Origin: Takakia lepidozioides
Lineage: Eukaryota; Plantae; Bryophyta
Direction: 5' to 3'
DNA: 64,000 nucleotides
Assembly (NCBI GenBank): GCA_030704615.1
Contig: CM060731.1
Coordinates: 27,528,001 to 27,592,000 of the forward strand
The notes below the pieces were generated by a model, which saw only the letters and a list, made by a program, of their open reading frames with translations, was not told the DNA's origin and did not search any database. The position numbers and the translations under genes were made by a program. Below are positions 52,471-63,522 of this stretch, piece by piece (the stretch's first letter is position 1; each line of letters opens with the position of its first letter).

Positions 52471-53226
52471 TCGTGGAGGCACTGGTGGACTGCCTAAGGA
52501 CTGGCATGTGGTCTGGAAGGCCGAATTTTGAAGCTCGTGGAGGGCGGTTTGAGGAGTATCTTCATGATATTCCCATGGTCATGCAAGTGAGGGTAGAGAG
52601 GAGAGGCAGAGTGTTGGGATGAGACCATGCTGGGGTTAGGCATTGCTTTAGCTTCTCTTCCTCGTAGTTTCCACCCTCTCATTAGGCCAAGACCTTTCCG
52701 TAGGTGGAGGCAAGAGTCAGTCCGGGTTTGGGCTGGGGTGTCCTTGCAGGAGCAACACCGTGGAGTTGTTTTTGGTGTGGGGGAGTTGTCGATCTGATTT
52801 CTTGTGTTTGGATCCCCTCCATACCTGCATGCTTGACTGTGCGCCATGGTAGTTTTGTGTGGGCGCTTGTTTTTATAGGTGATTGGTCCGGATTTGATCA
52901 CCGGCCAGTCCTAGAGCATGTTGTCGATGGTGAGGCTGGGGTGATGACCAGCCAGAGCATCATTGTTTTTCCTGTGGTGAGGTTGGAGGTGATGACCAGC
53001 CAACCATAGGAGTGCTTGCGGTGGATGCAGGTACAGGTGTAGGCTATGTTAGGAACTTAGTATTCCAAACCATAAGCCGCAACAGGTTCTCTACCCGGTT
53101 ACCTTGTGAAGAGGGGGTTAGGGACATGTTCATGACCGGTTGAGTGTCAACACGGAGGTGCCACTAGTTGCTGGGGACAGTGCCGGTTTGAGCACTAGCG
53201 ATACTAGTGGGTACACGAGACGAGGT

Positions 53227-55833
53227 ATGCGGTTTAGGCCACCTTCACCTCCTGTGTCTTCTACGGAAGGTTCTGATTCGGATTGTGAATCGGGAGGACT
53301 CATACCGGCGGTGCAAGTTGTTTCTTTGCCATTGTTGTGGGACACAATGGAGGAGATGTATGGAGCTACCAAGGGGCCACGAAGATACTCTGGGGCGGTG
53401 GGCACCATCGAGTTGGATGATTTTATCCAAGAGTTTGATAGTTGGTGTGATTTGCAGCAAATGCGCAATCCACAACTATTTACGCCTTTCATGGCATGGA
53501 AGGGGCTGTTTCAGCACCTTGAGGGGCCGCCTATGGATGATTACCATGAGTTCAGGCGGGGGCATGAGGTTGAGATCGAGGAGTGGAGGATGTAGTGGTC
53601 ACCCGACTATGTCTCCATCACTAGGGGCACTAGAGCCACGAGGGCAGTGGCTACACCTGCCGCTGCACCGGCAGCTTCAGCAAGCAGCAGTGGGACTGGT
53701 GGTACAGTAGCTACGACGTCCACCCAAACCACTACCGCACCAGCACTAGCACCCGTGCCTGCCTTCAACCCTGTTGTGGAGTTCTTCGAAGAGTTGAGAG
53801 GGAACTACCAAGGGGTGAGGACAGAGAAGTTGCGGAACTTGCAAGAGTTCCAACGGAAGCCGACCGAGAGCTTGAGGGAGGCTTTCACTCGCATGAGGCG
53901 CTTGATAAATGTAACCCAAGGGGTTACGGAAGCTCAGGCAGTCCAATTCTGGTATGGGATATTGGACAAGGAGCTGAGGAGAAGGGTGTGGGATGCAACT
54001 CTCCTACAAGCGGCCCAACCCACCTTAGCAAATGTGTTTTTGCTGGCAGAGCGGATAGAGCTCAACATGGTGGAGGAACGAGTGGTCATGGTGGGATTTG
54101 CTAAGGAGACACCACGGGGTAGTAGTGCTCCTAGCCAACCACTACCTCCACGTGCTCAAGGCAACAAGGGGGCTCAGGTGAAGCTCAGGGAAGGGCAGAG
54201 AGGACCTCAGATGCAGGGGTCTCTCCCTTCATTTGCTGGCCAACAACGGGCGGATGTGGTGTGCTGGACATGTGGAGGACCCCATGTCAAGAAGGATTGT
54301 CCAGAGGGAGGCAAAGGGCCGGCACATGCACAGCCTGCACAGTTATTGTGTGGGCATTGTGGCAAACACGGGCATGGAGAGGCTCAGTGTTATGGTTTGC
54401 ATCCTGAGTTGCGCCCAGGCCAGTTCCAAGGGAACAATGGTGGCCGGGGGCGAGGTGGAGCAGCCCAGAGGGGACGAGGTGGCCAGCCACAAGGCCAAAG
54501 GCAAGCTCAACGTGGCCAAGGACGCGGAGGTCAGGGTGTTGACCAAGGCATGGCCAACCGGCTTCAGCAGCTAGAGCAGAGGCTCGCTGCCATGGCTACC
54601 GCTCAGGTGGTACCGGCTCTAAGGCCGGATGGTCCACCTCCTGCTCCTGAGGGAGGAGATATGGGAGGCATGGGATTCATGTGTGGAGCAGCACTACCAC
54701 TAGTGCAGGTGGAGTCTGCTGCAGCCGTGACTCGAGGAGCAGCACGAGTTCCTGAGCCACGAGGTGCAGAGGTGGAGTTGGATCCACAGTGTGGGGAGGC
54801 AAGCCGTCAGGCTAGGCTTCCTCAGTCATTCACATTGGCGGAGACAGTGTCGACGCCATCCATGGCACCTAGTTCTCGCCCGACTGTTACCGAGGCGGAG
54901 CTTACTATGCCATTGGGGAGAGCTACACGGGTAGCACCACTACCTAGTGTTGCCAAGGCTACGGCAACTAGTGTGCTGCTAGGAGCGGCCACATCTGTGT
55001 GCCAGGCTCCATTGTTCTCGGCTACCATGATTGCGACGCCGGGGATAAGACCAGCTGAGGTGTTCAGGCTGGCAGCTACACTCTGTGAGAGTGGGGAGGT
55101 TACTTCATCTTCTGCGGAGATAGTGGGAGGTGTAGTGCCGGAGGGATCCTCGGATTTGAGGGTCAAGACTGCCACGGCGGCGCCATGGCAAGCTGCAGCT
55201 GCCAGGTTGATGGAGCTGCCAGCTAGGCCAGCCATTGAGCGCGCCATGGTGACACCTGGAGTTGTCATGTTAGACAACCAGGATGGCATTTTCTGTTTGA
55301 GTGGACCGGCAGGCAAGAGGTACCGGCCACTGCGAGTCTTGTTGGACTCGGGAGCTCAGCCACTGATGCTGGGCAGAGCTGCTATTGCAGGCTTGGGCCT
55401 CACGGAGGCGGATATGGAGCCTTGTCCTTTCCAGATACAGACGTCTCTGGGAGGATCGGAGCAGGCTCGGGGCATGACACGGCATGAGTTGGCTATCAGA
55501 CTACGGCCGGATCACCCTACAGATGGCTCAGTGATGCGAGCTAAGGCCATTGTGACAGACGCAGTCTCATACGATGTCCTGGTTGGTGGGGCAGTGTTGT
55601 ACCCCATGGGCTTCACCCTGGATTTTTGGGAGGAGTCAGCTTCCTATAGGCCTGCATGGCAGTCAGGGGAGGGCCGGCGTGTGCAGCTCTTTGTGACGTT
55701 CATAGGAGGAGTTACGGTTGCCCAGCGAGGCAAGATGCCGACACTAGCAGCATTCACAGCGGCAGTGAGTTGGCCTAGAGAATTGCTTGAGGGCAATGCT
55801 CATTCAGAGGATGTACCACCTCCGGGAGAGTAG
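53227..55833 (+). pseudogene. Gag, two zinc knuckles and aspartic protease of the DNMT-Gypsy polyprotein
   Basis: Motifs: FQRKPTESLREAFTRMRRL (gag), CWTCGGPHVKKDC, CGHCGKHGHGEAQC and VLLDSGAQPLML...YDVLVG (PR). There is one in-frame TAG at 53593, and the frame is the same as the DNMT segment. Confidence 0.85.
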
Positions 55834-55839
55834 GATGAC

Positions 55840-57306
55840 ATGTATGGTATGGCGGAGTTGCCTACCATGGTTGCTCAGACTCCATTGTGGGGCACGAGCA
55901 AGGATTTGCAGCGGGATGCTGATCGACGAGTGCAACAAGCCTGGGTGGAGGCTTTTGTACCGTCAGGAGAGGAGGAGAGTGTGGGGATTGCACCAGGACC
56001 ACCTCAATTGTCTCCATTGGACACCACACCTATTGTGTGGCAGTATCCGGATGAAGGCATTTGTCTTCTGGACTTGTTTGGCGGGATCAGCACCGGATTG
56101 GCTGCTGTGTTACAAGCAGGTGTACGAGTTCGGCGTTACCTGTATGTGGAGAGGGATGAGACTGCACAACGCGTTTCACTTCGCCATGTTGCTCAGTTGG
56201 TGCAGCGGTACCCTGAGTTGTTGTCGGTGTCTGCAATTCGTGGATATCAGCAGGCCTTGCCAGCAGACATTTCGTTGCTGGGGGCGCAGGATTTGGAGCG
56301 GGTTGGCTCCATTGATCTGGTAGTGGCAGGTTGGCCCTGCCAAGGGCATTCATCAGCCGGGCATGGCAATGGATTGCGAGACTCGAGGTCGGGTCTGTTT
56401 TGGGAGATGGTGCGGGTTTTGCGCCACTTGCAGCTTCATCAAGCTGTATCTCCAGCATACATCTTGGAGAATGTGCCACTGATGGGCGATTCTCGGGCCA
56501 GGGTGATGGCCAGTGTGCATCAAGTCCGGTCGTGGCTTGGGTCAGCAGTATTGCTAGATGCAGCTACAGTGGGGTCACGAGCTCATCGTCCACGGCTATG
56601 GTGGACTAACTTGATGCCACCCGCACTGCTCAAGCGTGCATTTGATGGGGTGCAGCGGCCAGCACATCTCACAGTGGATAACATTCTGGACACAGGGAGG
56701 CAGTCTCAGCGTGTGAGACACGATGACCGTTCGCCTTTGGCAGTGGTCAACAAGGTGGGTCAACCACGGGCAGCATTACCTACACTGCTCACCTTCCCAG
56801 GATCGCATGCTTTTCGGGATAGTGGACCTGGCCTCCTGTGGGATGCTCAGTTGCAGCAGTTAGTGGAGCCTAATGCTGACGAGCGTGAGCGGGCAATGGG
56901 TTTTACCACTAGTACCACGGCGGTGTCGTCTCTTTCTGAGGCATCACGTCGTCAAGTGTTGGGGCAAGCAATGGATCTCAATTGCTTGACCTGGATTATC
57001 AGCTTGGCTCTGGCTGAGCAACGCAGAGTGCGGAGTACACTTCCCTCAATGGTCTCTCTGCCTACCGAGATGGTTCAAGCAGTGAGTGGGGGCGAGCATG
57101 TGAGGACCACGGGGTGCATGCATCCATGGCACACGTGGGAGGTGCTCGAGGTTCAGAGGGAGTTGGCAGCCAAGGCGGCTCTTATAGAAGAGGTTGGGGA
57201 TTCTTCTCGGGTTGAGGAGGTCCTCAAGGATGAGATGATGGGGCAGGATGAGGCCTTGTCATTGACTGAGCAGGCATGGAGTACTGCTCAAGAGGTTGCG
57301 GCATAG
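55840..57306 (+). CDS. DNMT3-like C5 cytosine DNA methyltransferase domain (~56060-56990) within the retrotransposon polyprotein
   Basis: Motifs in canonical order: I LDLFGGISTG, II YVERD, IV VAGWPCQGHS (catalytic Cys at 56338), V SGLF, VI ILENV, VIII HRPRLWWTN, IX ERERAMGF and X RRQVLGQAM. There is no stop inside the domain. Confidence 0.92.
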   Translation: MYGMAELPTMVAQTPLWGTSKDLQRDADRRVQQAWVEAFVPSGEEESVGIAPGPPQLSPLDTTPIVWQYPDEGICLLDLFGGISTGLAAVLQAGVRVRRYLYVERDETAQRVSLRHVAQLVQRYPELLSVSAIRGYQQALPADISLLGAQDLERVGSIDLVVAGWPCQGHSSAGHGNGLRDSRSGLFWEMVRVLRHLQLHQAVSPAYILENVPLMGDSRARVMASVHQVRSWLGSAVLLDAATVGSRAHRPRLWWTNLMPPALLKRAFDGVQRPAHLTVDNILDTGRQSQRVRHDDRSPLAVVNKVGQPRAALPTLLTFPGSHAFRDSGPGLLWDAQLQQLVEPNADERERAMGFTTSTTAVSSLSEASRRQVLGQAMDLNCLTWIISLALAEQRRVRSTLPSMVSLPTEMVQAVSGGEHVRTTGCMHPWHTWEVLEVQRELAAKAALIEEVGDSSRVEEVLKDEMMGQDEALSLTEQAWSTAQEVAA

Positions 57307-57611
57307 CAACCACGGGATGTGTCCTCTACCTCTAAGTCTGCTGGACTTAAGGTTGCAGTTACGAAGGGCAATTGGGAGCCTGACATTGGACCTATTGTCA
57401 CTAGAGGAGAGAGACGACGTATACAGCGGTTCCTGAGGCTTACAGGAATTGCTTTGCCTCTCGTGCTACGGTGGATGAGTATGAGAGACATGTTCAGGTT
57501 GTGCATCGACTGGGTTTGGTCAATAGGGATGCGGATGGATTGAGTCGCAATCCATGCACGAGCCAGTAGGATGACACTGGAGCTCGGTGGCATGGTGAGA
57601 CGGACGAGGAG

Positions 57612-59192
57612 ATGGTGCCGGGATGGCACGCATCTGCATTTTTGTGTATCTTGGCATCAGGAGGTCAGATTGGACCTACAACAGGGATGACTGTAGACGG
57701 AGTGTCTGAGGACCCTGAGGCTAGTGATGAGCTAGGTGGTGCCAGAGATATACATGAGGATTCGGCTGTGTTGGACTACCTCCGCACGGGAGACACGGCA
57801 GCCATTGTGACTGCCAGGGAGAGGGATCGGATCCTGCAACGAGCCAAGAGGTTCAAGTGGGAGGGGATACACCTACTTCAAGTGTGGGAGGATGGTCGGG
57901 TGAGGATTGTGCCTCACCCCACACAACGTGCACGGTTAGTGCGGCATGCCCATGAGGAGTTGGGGCATTTTGGAGTGCGACGCACTCACAGTTTACTGCA
58001 GGGGCAGTATTGGTGGCGTGGTATGCATACAGAGGTGCAACAGTTCATGGCTAGGTGCATGGTGTGTGACAGGGTGCGTGCTTCATTCAACGCCCCTACA
58101 CCACAGTTGCATCCTTTACCAATCATGGGATTGGGCTACAGGTGGAGTCTTGACTTCGCAGGACCGTTGACACTGACTATGCGCCACCACATATATGTGT
58201 TGGTGATGGTGGAGCACTTCTCCAAGTGGATTGAGTTGGTTCCATTGCCTGACAAGGCTAGTGAGGGGGCTGCGTATGCATTCTTGGATCGTGTGCTTAG
58301 CCAATTTGGTGCTCCAGCTGAGGTACTCACGGACCAAGGGAGAGAGTTCTTGGGGGAGTTTCAGGCTTTGTGTGATAAAGCCTTGATAGACCACCGCACC
58401 ACTTCTCGGGATCATCTTGAGGCCGATGGCTTAGCAGAGAGCGTTGTTCAGACGGTGAAGAGGGGTTTGCGCAAGTATGGCTTGCAGAAGGGACACCTAG
58501 GAGATTGGGATCTTCAGGTTCCTTGGTTAGCCATGGGCTACAAGTTCAGCAAACAAGCATCACTTGCCTCCTTCTCACCATATTTCCTTCTCTTTGGCCG
58601 AGAGCCGGATTTGCCTGCAGCCATTCGTAGGGACACTGCTCAAGTCCTTAACCTTGGCGACCCGGACGTGTGGGTACGTGCATGTGATTAGCGTGCAGAG
58701 TTGTTCAAGAAAGTCATGCCCATGGCTTTTGAGAACCTTGCCATTGCACAGCACCGTGATACGTTGAGGTATGCCACTATACGTGGTGGAGGATATCGTC
58801 CTGGGGTTCGGAGGTTTAGCCCTGGTGACTATGTTTATTTGCAGCAGACCGCTCCTACGACTCTGGATGTTACTGCAGGGCGTGTTATTCTGAGGGTTCG
58901 AGAGGTGTTGCCCTCAGGGGTCCTGATCTTGGAGGGTCGGGATGGCATGACTTGGAAGGACCATGTGCGTAATTGTGCGCCATGTCACCTTCCCAATGTC
59001 GATGGCAGAGTTGACCCAAACTTGGCAGTAGTACCTGCAGGTTTGAGGTGCATGCTCTGTGGGTCTGCCAAAGGGGCAGCCACCATGCTGGTGTGTGATC
59101 GATGCTCAAGGGGTTGGCATATGGGATGCTTGATACCACCTCTTGAGAAGGTTCCTGACGGAGATTGGTTGTGTCCACACTGCTTGGGATAG
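57612..59192 (+). pseudogene. Integrase (H2C2, DDE core, SH3-like region) with a C-terminal PHD finger
   Basis: Motifs: HEELGHFG...CMVC, WSLDFAGP, VLTDQGREF, DGLAES, FSPYFLLFGREP, FSPGDYVYL and the PHD CMLC..MLVCDRCSRGWHMGC..VPDGDWLCPHC (C4HC3, 59049-59183). There is one in-frame TAG at 58689. Confidence 0.92.
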
Positions 59193-59452
59193 TGGCAGTG
59201 GACATGACTGGAGGCAGCTAACAAGACATGGGAGGCCAAGCTCATAGGAGTCAATACATGAGATCCCAAGCTCAAGTTCACAGGTTGCAAGACGGCGACT
59301 AACGATGGGGCAACTCTTGCACCCGGCCTCTTGATCTATCGAGTTTGAGTGTAGTAGGGATAGTGGTGGAGGACTTAGTGAGACTATGGTCACTATCACA
59401 TCTTGTGGCTACCTGGACTTAGAGGGACCTAAGCACCAGCTAGGGGGGCGAT

Positions 59453-60126
59453 TGTGTGGACTAGTGACTGCCATAGTGGGCAGCATAGTGGCAGCCTAGT
59501 GACTGACTAGTTGTAGTCTAGTGGTTGGACTAGTGGTGGACTAGTGGTATACTAGTGTGTGGTGTGCACATGTGTTGTGTGGTTTTTGGACAACGATGTA
59601 GTTGTGTAGCGATATGTATGCGCACGACAGCTGTCAAGTTATTTTACCACTAGTGTGAAACTAGCTAGGAAATAGCTAGCTTTCACATATTGACATTTGG
59701 GATTGGCCCAAGTGTCAATCCAGGGGTCAAGGCAGATTTAGGCCCTGGAGTGGTTATCTTCACGGCAAGCGCGGAAGGCTCATCTTTCTCGAGTTGAGCC
59801 TCACCGCGCCTAGCTATGGCGCCGTAGTGTGGATTCCCCATGGCGTGGGGTGCACTTGGCTTGACTTGTATTTGAGTGATGAGGTTATATATGCATGAGT
59901 TTATGCTTCAGAAAGATGAGCTCGTGCTTGTATTCTTCTTCTTTATCATTGTGTGGACTAGTGACTGCCATAGTGGGCAGCATAGTGGCAGCCTAGTGAC
60001 TGACTAGTTGTAGCCTAGTGGTTGGACTAGTGGTGGACTAGTGGTATACTAGTGTGTGGTGTGCACATGTGTTGTGTGGTTTTTGGACAGCGATGTAGTT
60101 GTGTAGCGATATGTATGCGCACGACA
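59453..60126 (+). repeat. 3' LTR region with a 177-bp direct repeat at both ends (A-B-A)
   Basis: 59453-59629 and 59950-60126 differ at only 2 positions, and both run TGTGTGG...CGACA. Confidence 0.85.
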
Positions 60127-61178
60127 CAACCAACGGTGGTTGGTCAAAGCACATGGGGTACTTATTTGCTCATATGATCAAAAGTAATTGGTATGAGTTT
60201 ATAGCTCGATGTTATCACAAGCTCAGCTTCATCTTGTCTCATAATGCTCTATCTTTGTACCAGCAGCTACTAGCCCATATAACACTATTTTAACTAATTC
60301 TGGACTTTTGTTTGGTCCAGAAATAATATGAGAAATATGAATAAACAAAATTTATTATTGAAATAAAGTGATATATATGATTATTTTGGTTATTTTATGC
60401 ACAATATAACCATGAACAATAATCCTCCAAACATTTTTTGGATACAATATAAGTATGTATTGTGGTTTTAGAAGAATATCCACTGCCAAGTTGACGTTCA
60501 CGAAAAAAATGGGAGGATACAATAAATTACACCATGATGTGAGGTCAGATATGTAAAACTTTTTACACAAAATGGTTGCCATATCAGATGACATACAAAA
60601 CCAAACATAGAACAATCATGGCATGTGATGAAGAGGATGACATGAAAGAATGTGTCCGCATACATTGATGATAAACATTCATATTTTATTAGAGATGCAA
60701 CTTTGGCGTTCCAGTCAGACACAATGTAACGTCAATTGTACATCCGTTGGACTTAATGTTATCCAGCGGCTTGAAGCCATACAACGGCTTACACTAATTC
60801 ATTAATATTACAGAGCCTCCTCCCAAACGGCTCGTAGTCAAGGCATGTGTTCGAAGACGCCTCCGGTTACCACAACCACTTGTAACGGTCTCCGCACCAG
60901 AGGAAACGGAAATACTTTCGGAGAATTCGAACCTAGTAGTAACATTATCATCCGAAATGTTACTTGGAACTCTACTTGTTGAATCTCTTGATGCCCTTGA
61001 AGCCTGCTGGGAAGCCCGCCATTCTTACCAATCACGAAGCTCTTCTTCTTCTTTTCGAATTCGCTCCTTGAATGTGACTGGGCAAAATAATTTTTAATAT
61101 GACAAATGTCAATTGAAATGTGGAACATTTGTAGAAAAAATGATAAAGTAAAAGTGAAAGTGGAAGACACTTTCAAGA

Positions 61179-61916
61179 TCAAATTCTCCATAAACAACAA
61201 ACAGTGGGATAAGTACATACCAAGGTAATCAGGTTTCTTTTGTTGTGGGATCCAAACACAAAGATCAACATATCTTCCATACCAAGCCCAATAGGCATGG
61301 TGCGACCAATAGGCTTACGAGAACACTTGGCAGGGTTCTCGCTGATGTAATCTACGACTGTTGAAGCTGCAACCATTTTCAATATATATGGCCACACAAC
61401 TTTTGTCATATCATCCTGGTCAACCAAACCCTTTGGTGATGGCTTGTATGAAATATGGAAGAATCCAGTATTTGGTGGGTTTCGGAGGCCTTTTGATGGC
61501 TCATCATTGACAATGAGTATTTGTCCCTGCGTTGCAAAGGGTGTACCAAGGTACTTGGCAAGAACAGTGCGAATATCCTTAACGAGATATTTCATCCCAG
61601 GCATGATGTAACCGGTAGTGTCTTTGCAATCTTCAGCTGACCAGATGAAGCAAAACTTCTTCGCAATTTTCGTAGGAACTAAGCACTCGAGCATCCTACA
61701 AAGAACATCTCTTTCAGCACATGACCAAATCGTCACGTGAAAATGCACGAACCCAAGGTTGAGAAACTCCAAGACTCAAGGCCGGGGAACCACAAAAGGT
61801 CTGTCGGGAACATGAATTGTAACTTTCCTGAAACGAAATCTCTCCTTAAACAATTCACCGTCGGTTGGAGGTGGCCGGTAGCAGAGGAGTCCATTGACAC
61901 TCAATATTAACAACAT
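61179..61916 (-). pseudogene. FCP1-homology (NIF/HAD, CTD-phosphatase-like) domain, copy 1; probable transposon cargo
   Basis: The frame reads MLLILSVNGLLCY...PRP*VLEFLNLGFVHFHVTIWSCA...FIWSAEDC...KDIRTV...ILIVNDEPSKGLRNPPNT. It has one in-frame TGA (~61777), and the motif I Asp is replaced by Ser. Confidence 0.7.
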
Positions 61917-63522
61917 CCGTTTCCTCTTCCCCGATGTGGCAAATGAAGGTTGATGGACGATGCCATCCTTCGCAATTTAAGTGTTCCCGCCGTCAGAAAT
62001 AACACGATGTAGTGTTTCTTAGTTTCAAAGTGACCTCTACGTTTTCCAAGACATAAATGTCCCGACAATGGACTACTGTAAAGGACCAAGAGTAGACCAT
62101 ATATTGAAGAGTTCGAGATCACGAAAAGATGAATGTCGGCTGTCAAGTGGAGGTTAGTGGACGCACCTTGTCGGGAGGCGCATTCAAGAAGTTTTGCGGC
62201 TCCATACTCGCTTGTATAAAAATTACGGAGTTAGTTTGGGGCCGCAAAACAAACAGCAAACGAAAGTGGAGAAATGGTTTTGAAATATACCATTGAAGCC
62301 TTATTGGAATGTCTTGCAGAACAACAGTGGATTCCCGCGGGCTTGGATTGACGAGGCGCCACAACATCCAAGGGAGTCCTCATGTGTTTGGAGTCCGTTT
62401 TTTTTTTCTTGTCAGCCTTTTGTCCGTTGGAAAGATTTCCTGCAGATGAAAGAAATGGCTCGGGGCCTCTTTTTTGCCTCTTTGGTGCAGAACATTGTGC
62501 CAGCAGTTCAGGGTCACGCTGTGTCGATATTGGAGATGTTTTGCCATTGAACGATAGGAGGAGTGGAGGGACAACAACATGCAAGCACAAAAAATTGTCC
62601 CTTGAGCACTCGACATCCTGGATGGAATGAAAATGCAACGAAGGAATAATTTACCTCGAAACTGCATTCCAATGCAGCCGTCGTTTGACAGGAAGGTCAT
62701 AATCTGCATTTTTTTTGATCTGGGGCGACAGATGAATATCAAACCCCAAACTAAGTGAAACTAGGAGAATGAGCAATGAGCGAGAAATGAGTTTAAGTCA
62801 CCTGACTCCTGCGGATTTGGGCTGTCCAACCCTCATGCTGGGGAGATATGCGAGGAAGAGACGGAACCAGGTGCAGCGGAGCCGTAGCCAAGTCCCCGAC
62901 GGTTGCCCTGCGGGTTGGATAGACCAGACCCTGTGTACTGAACAAAGAGGGTGAGGAATGTTGGGAAAGGTCGATAAAGTTTCCGGGATATTTGTGTTCT
63001 TCAGCACCTTGGACTTTATACCCAGGAGGACCCGAGAGGAGAAGAGTGTCGCCCGCTTCCCATGGAACTTGGTGCTTAGTCATGTGGATGAAGAGACAGT
63101 ACGATTTAGGCTTCATAGGGAGGAGTTGACAGAGGATCCACCCTCAATTTGAGCACCATCGTGAACCCTCGGAAAGCCTTCAATACTCACTGCTGATCCG
63201 GAGGGTTCCTTTAGGGGACTTGAGGAACCGATGACGTCGTCAGCATCTCCTTGCACCTGACAAAGAGACATAATCATAAATCCGGGAGTGCAGGAATGTG
63301 AACCTCCACTGAACAGTGGAGGTCACTACATATAGTCATGTCCCCATATGAAGGCCTGTATCAGAGTCTTGGGATTGCCCGGAATGTGCGTCAAGAATTC
63401 AATAGAAAATGAGTGAAAATGAGAGTACCATATCTAACACGTGTGTGATTACAAGGCAATGAAAATCAGAAACCATGAAGATATTTAATAGCTCGAGTGA
63501 GATGGGATTGATCAAAAATAAT

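Larger units (their letters stand above)
53085..60126 (+). mobile_element. Ty3/Gypsy LTR retrotransposon encoding a C5 DNA methyltransferase and a PHD-finger integrase, with RT/RNase H deleted
   Basis: Domain order is Gag - CCHC x2 - PR - DNMT - IN - PHD. A PPT aggggggcga (59442-59451) precedes an LTR starting TGTGTGG at 59453. Confidence 0.9.

Noticed and set aside
50850-52507. Long minus-strand ORFs (378-549 aa) of SQPVTA/HSLSQP repeats
   Set aside because: All three frames are open simply because the 10-bp repeat lacks stop codons on that strand. This is a tandem-repeat artefact, not a protein.
55840-57306. Host DRM/DNMT3 gene or a bacterial restriction-modification contaminant
   Set aside because: The domain is intronless, lacks UBA/PWWP domains and is in frame with Gag-protease. 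Plant sequence lies on both sides.
59453-60126. Independent TRIM with 177-bp LTRs
   Set aside because: There is no PBS after the first copy, no PPT before the second and no TSD. The only PPT precedes the first copy.
39600-60126. Functional complementation between the IN-less and RT-less Gypsy neighbours
   Set aside because: They have different LTRs and appear to belong to different lineages, and both carry stops. Adjacency alone is not evidence.
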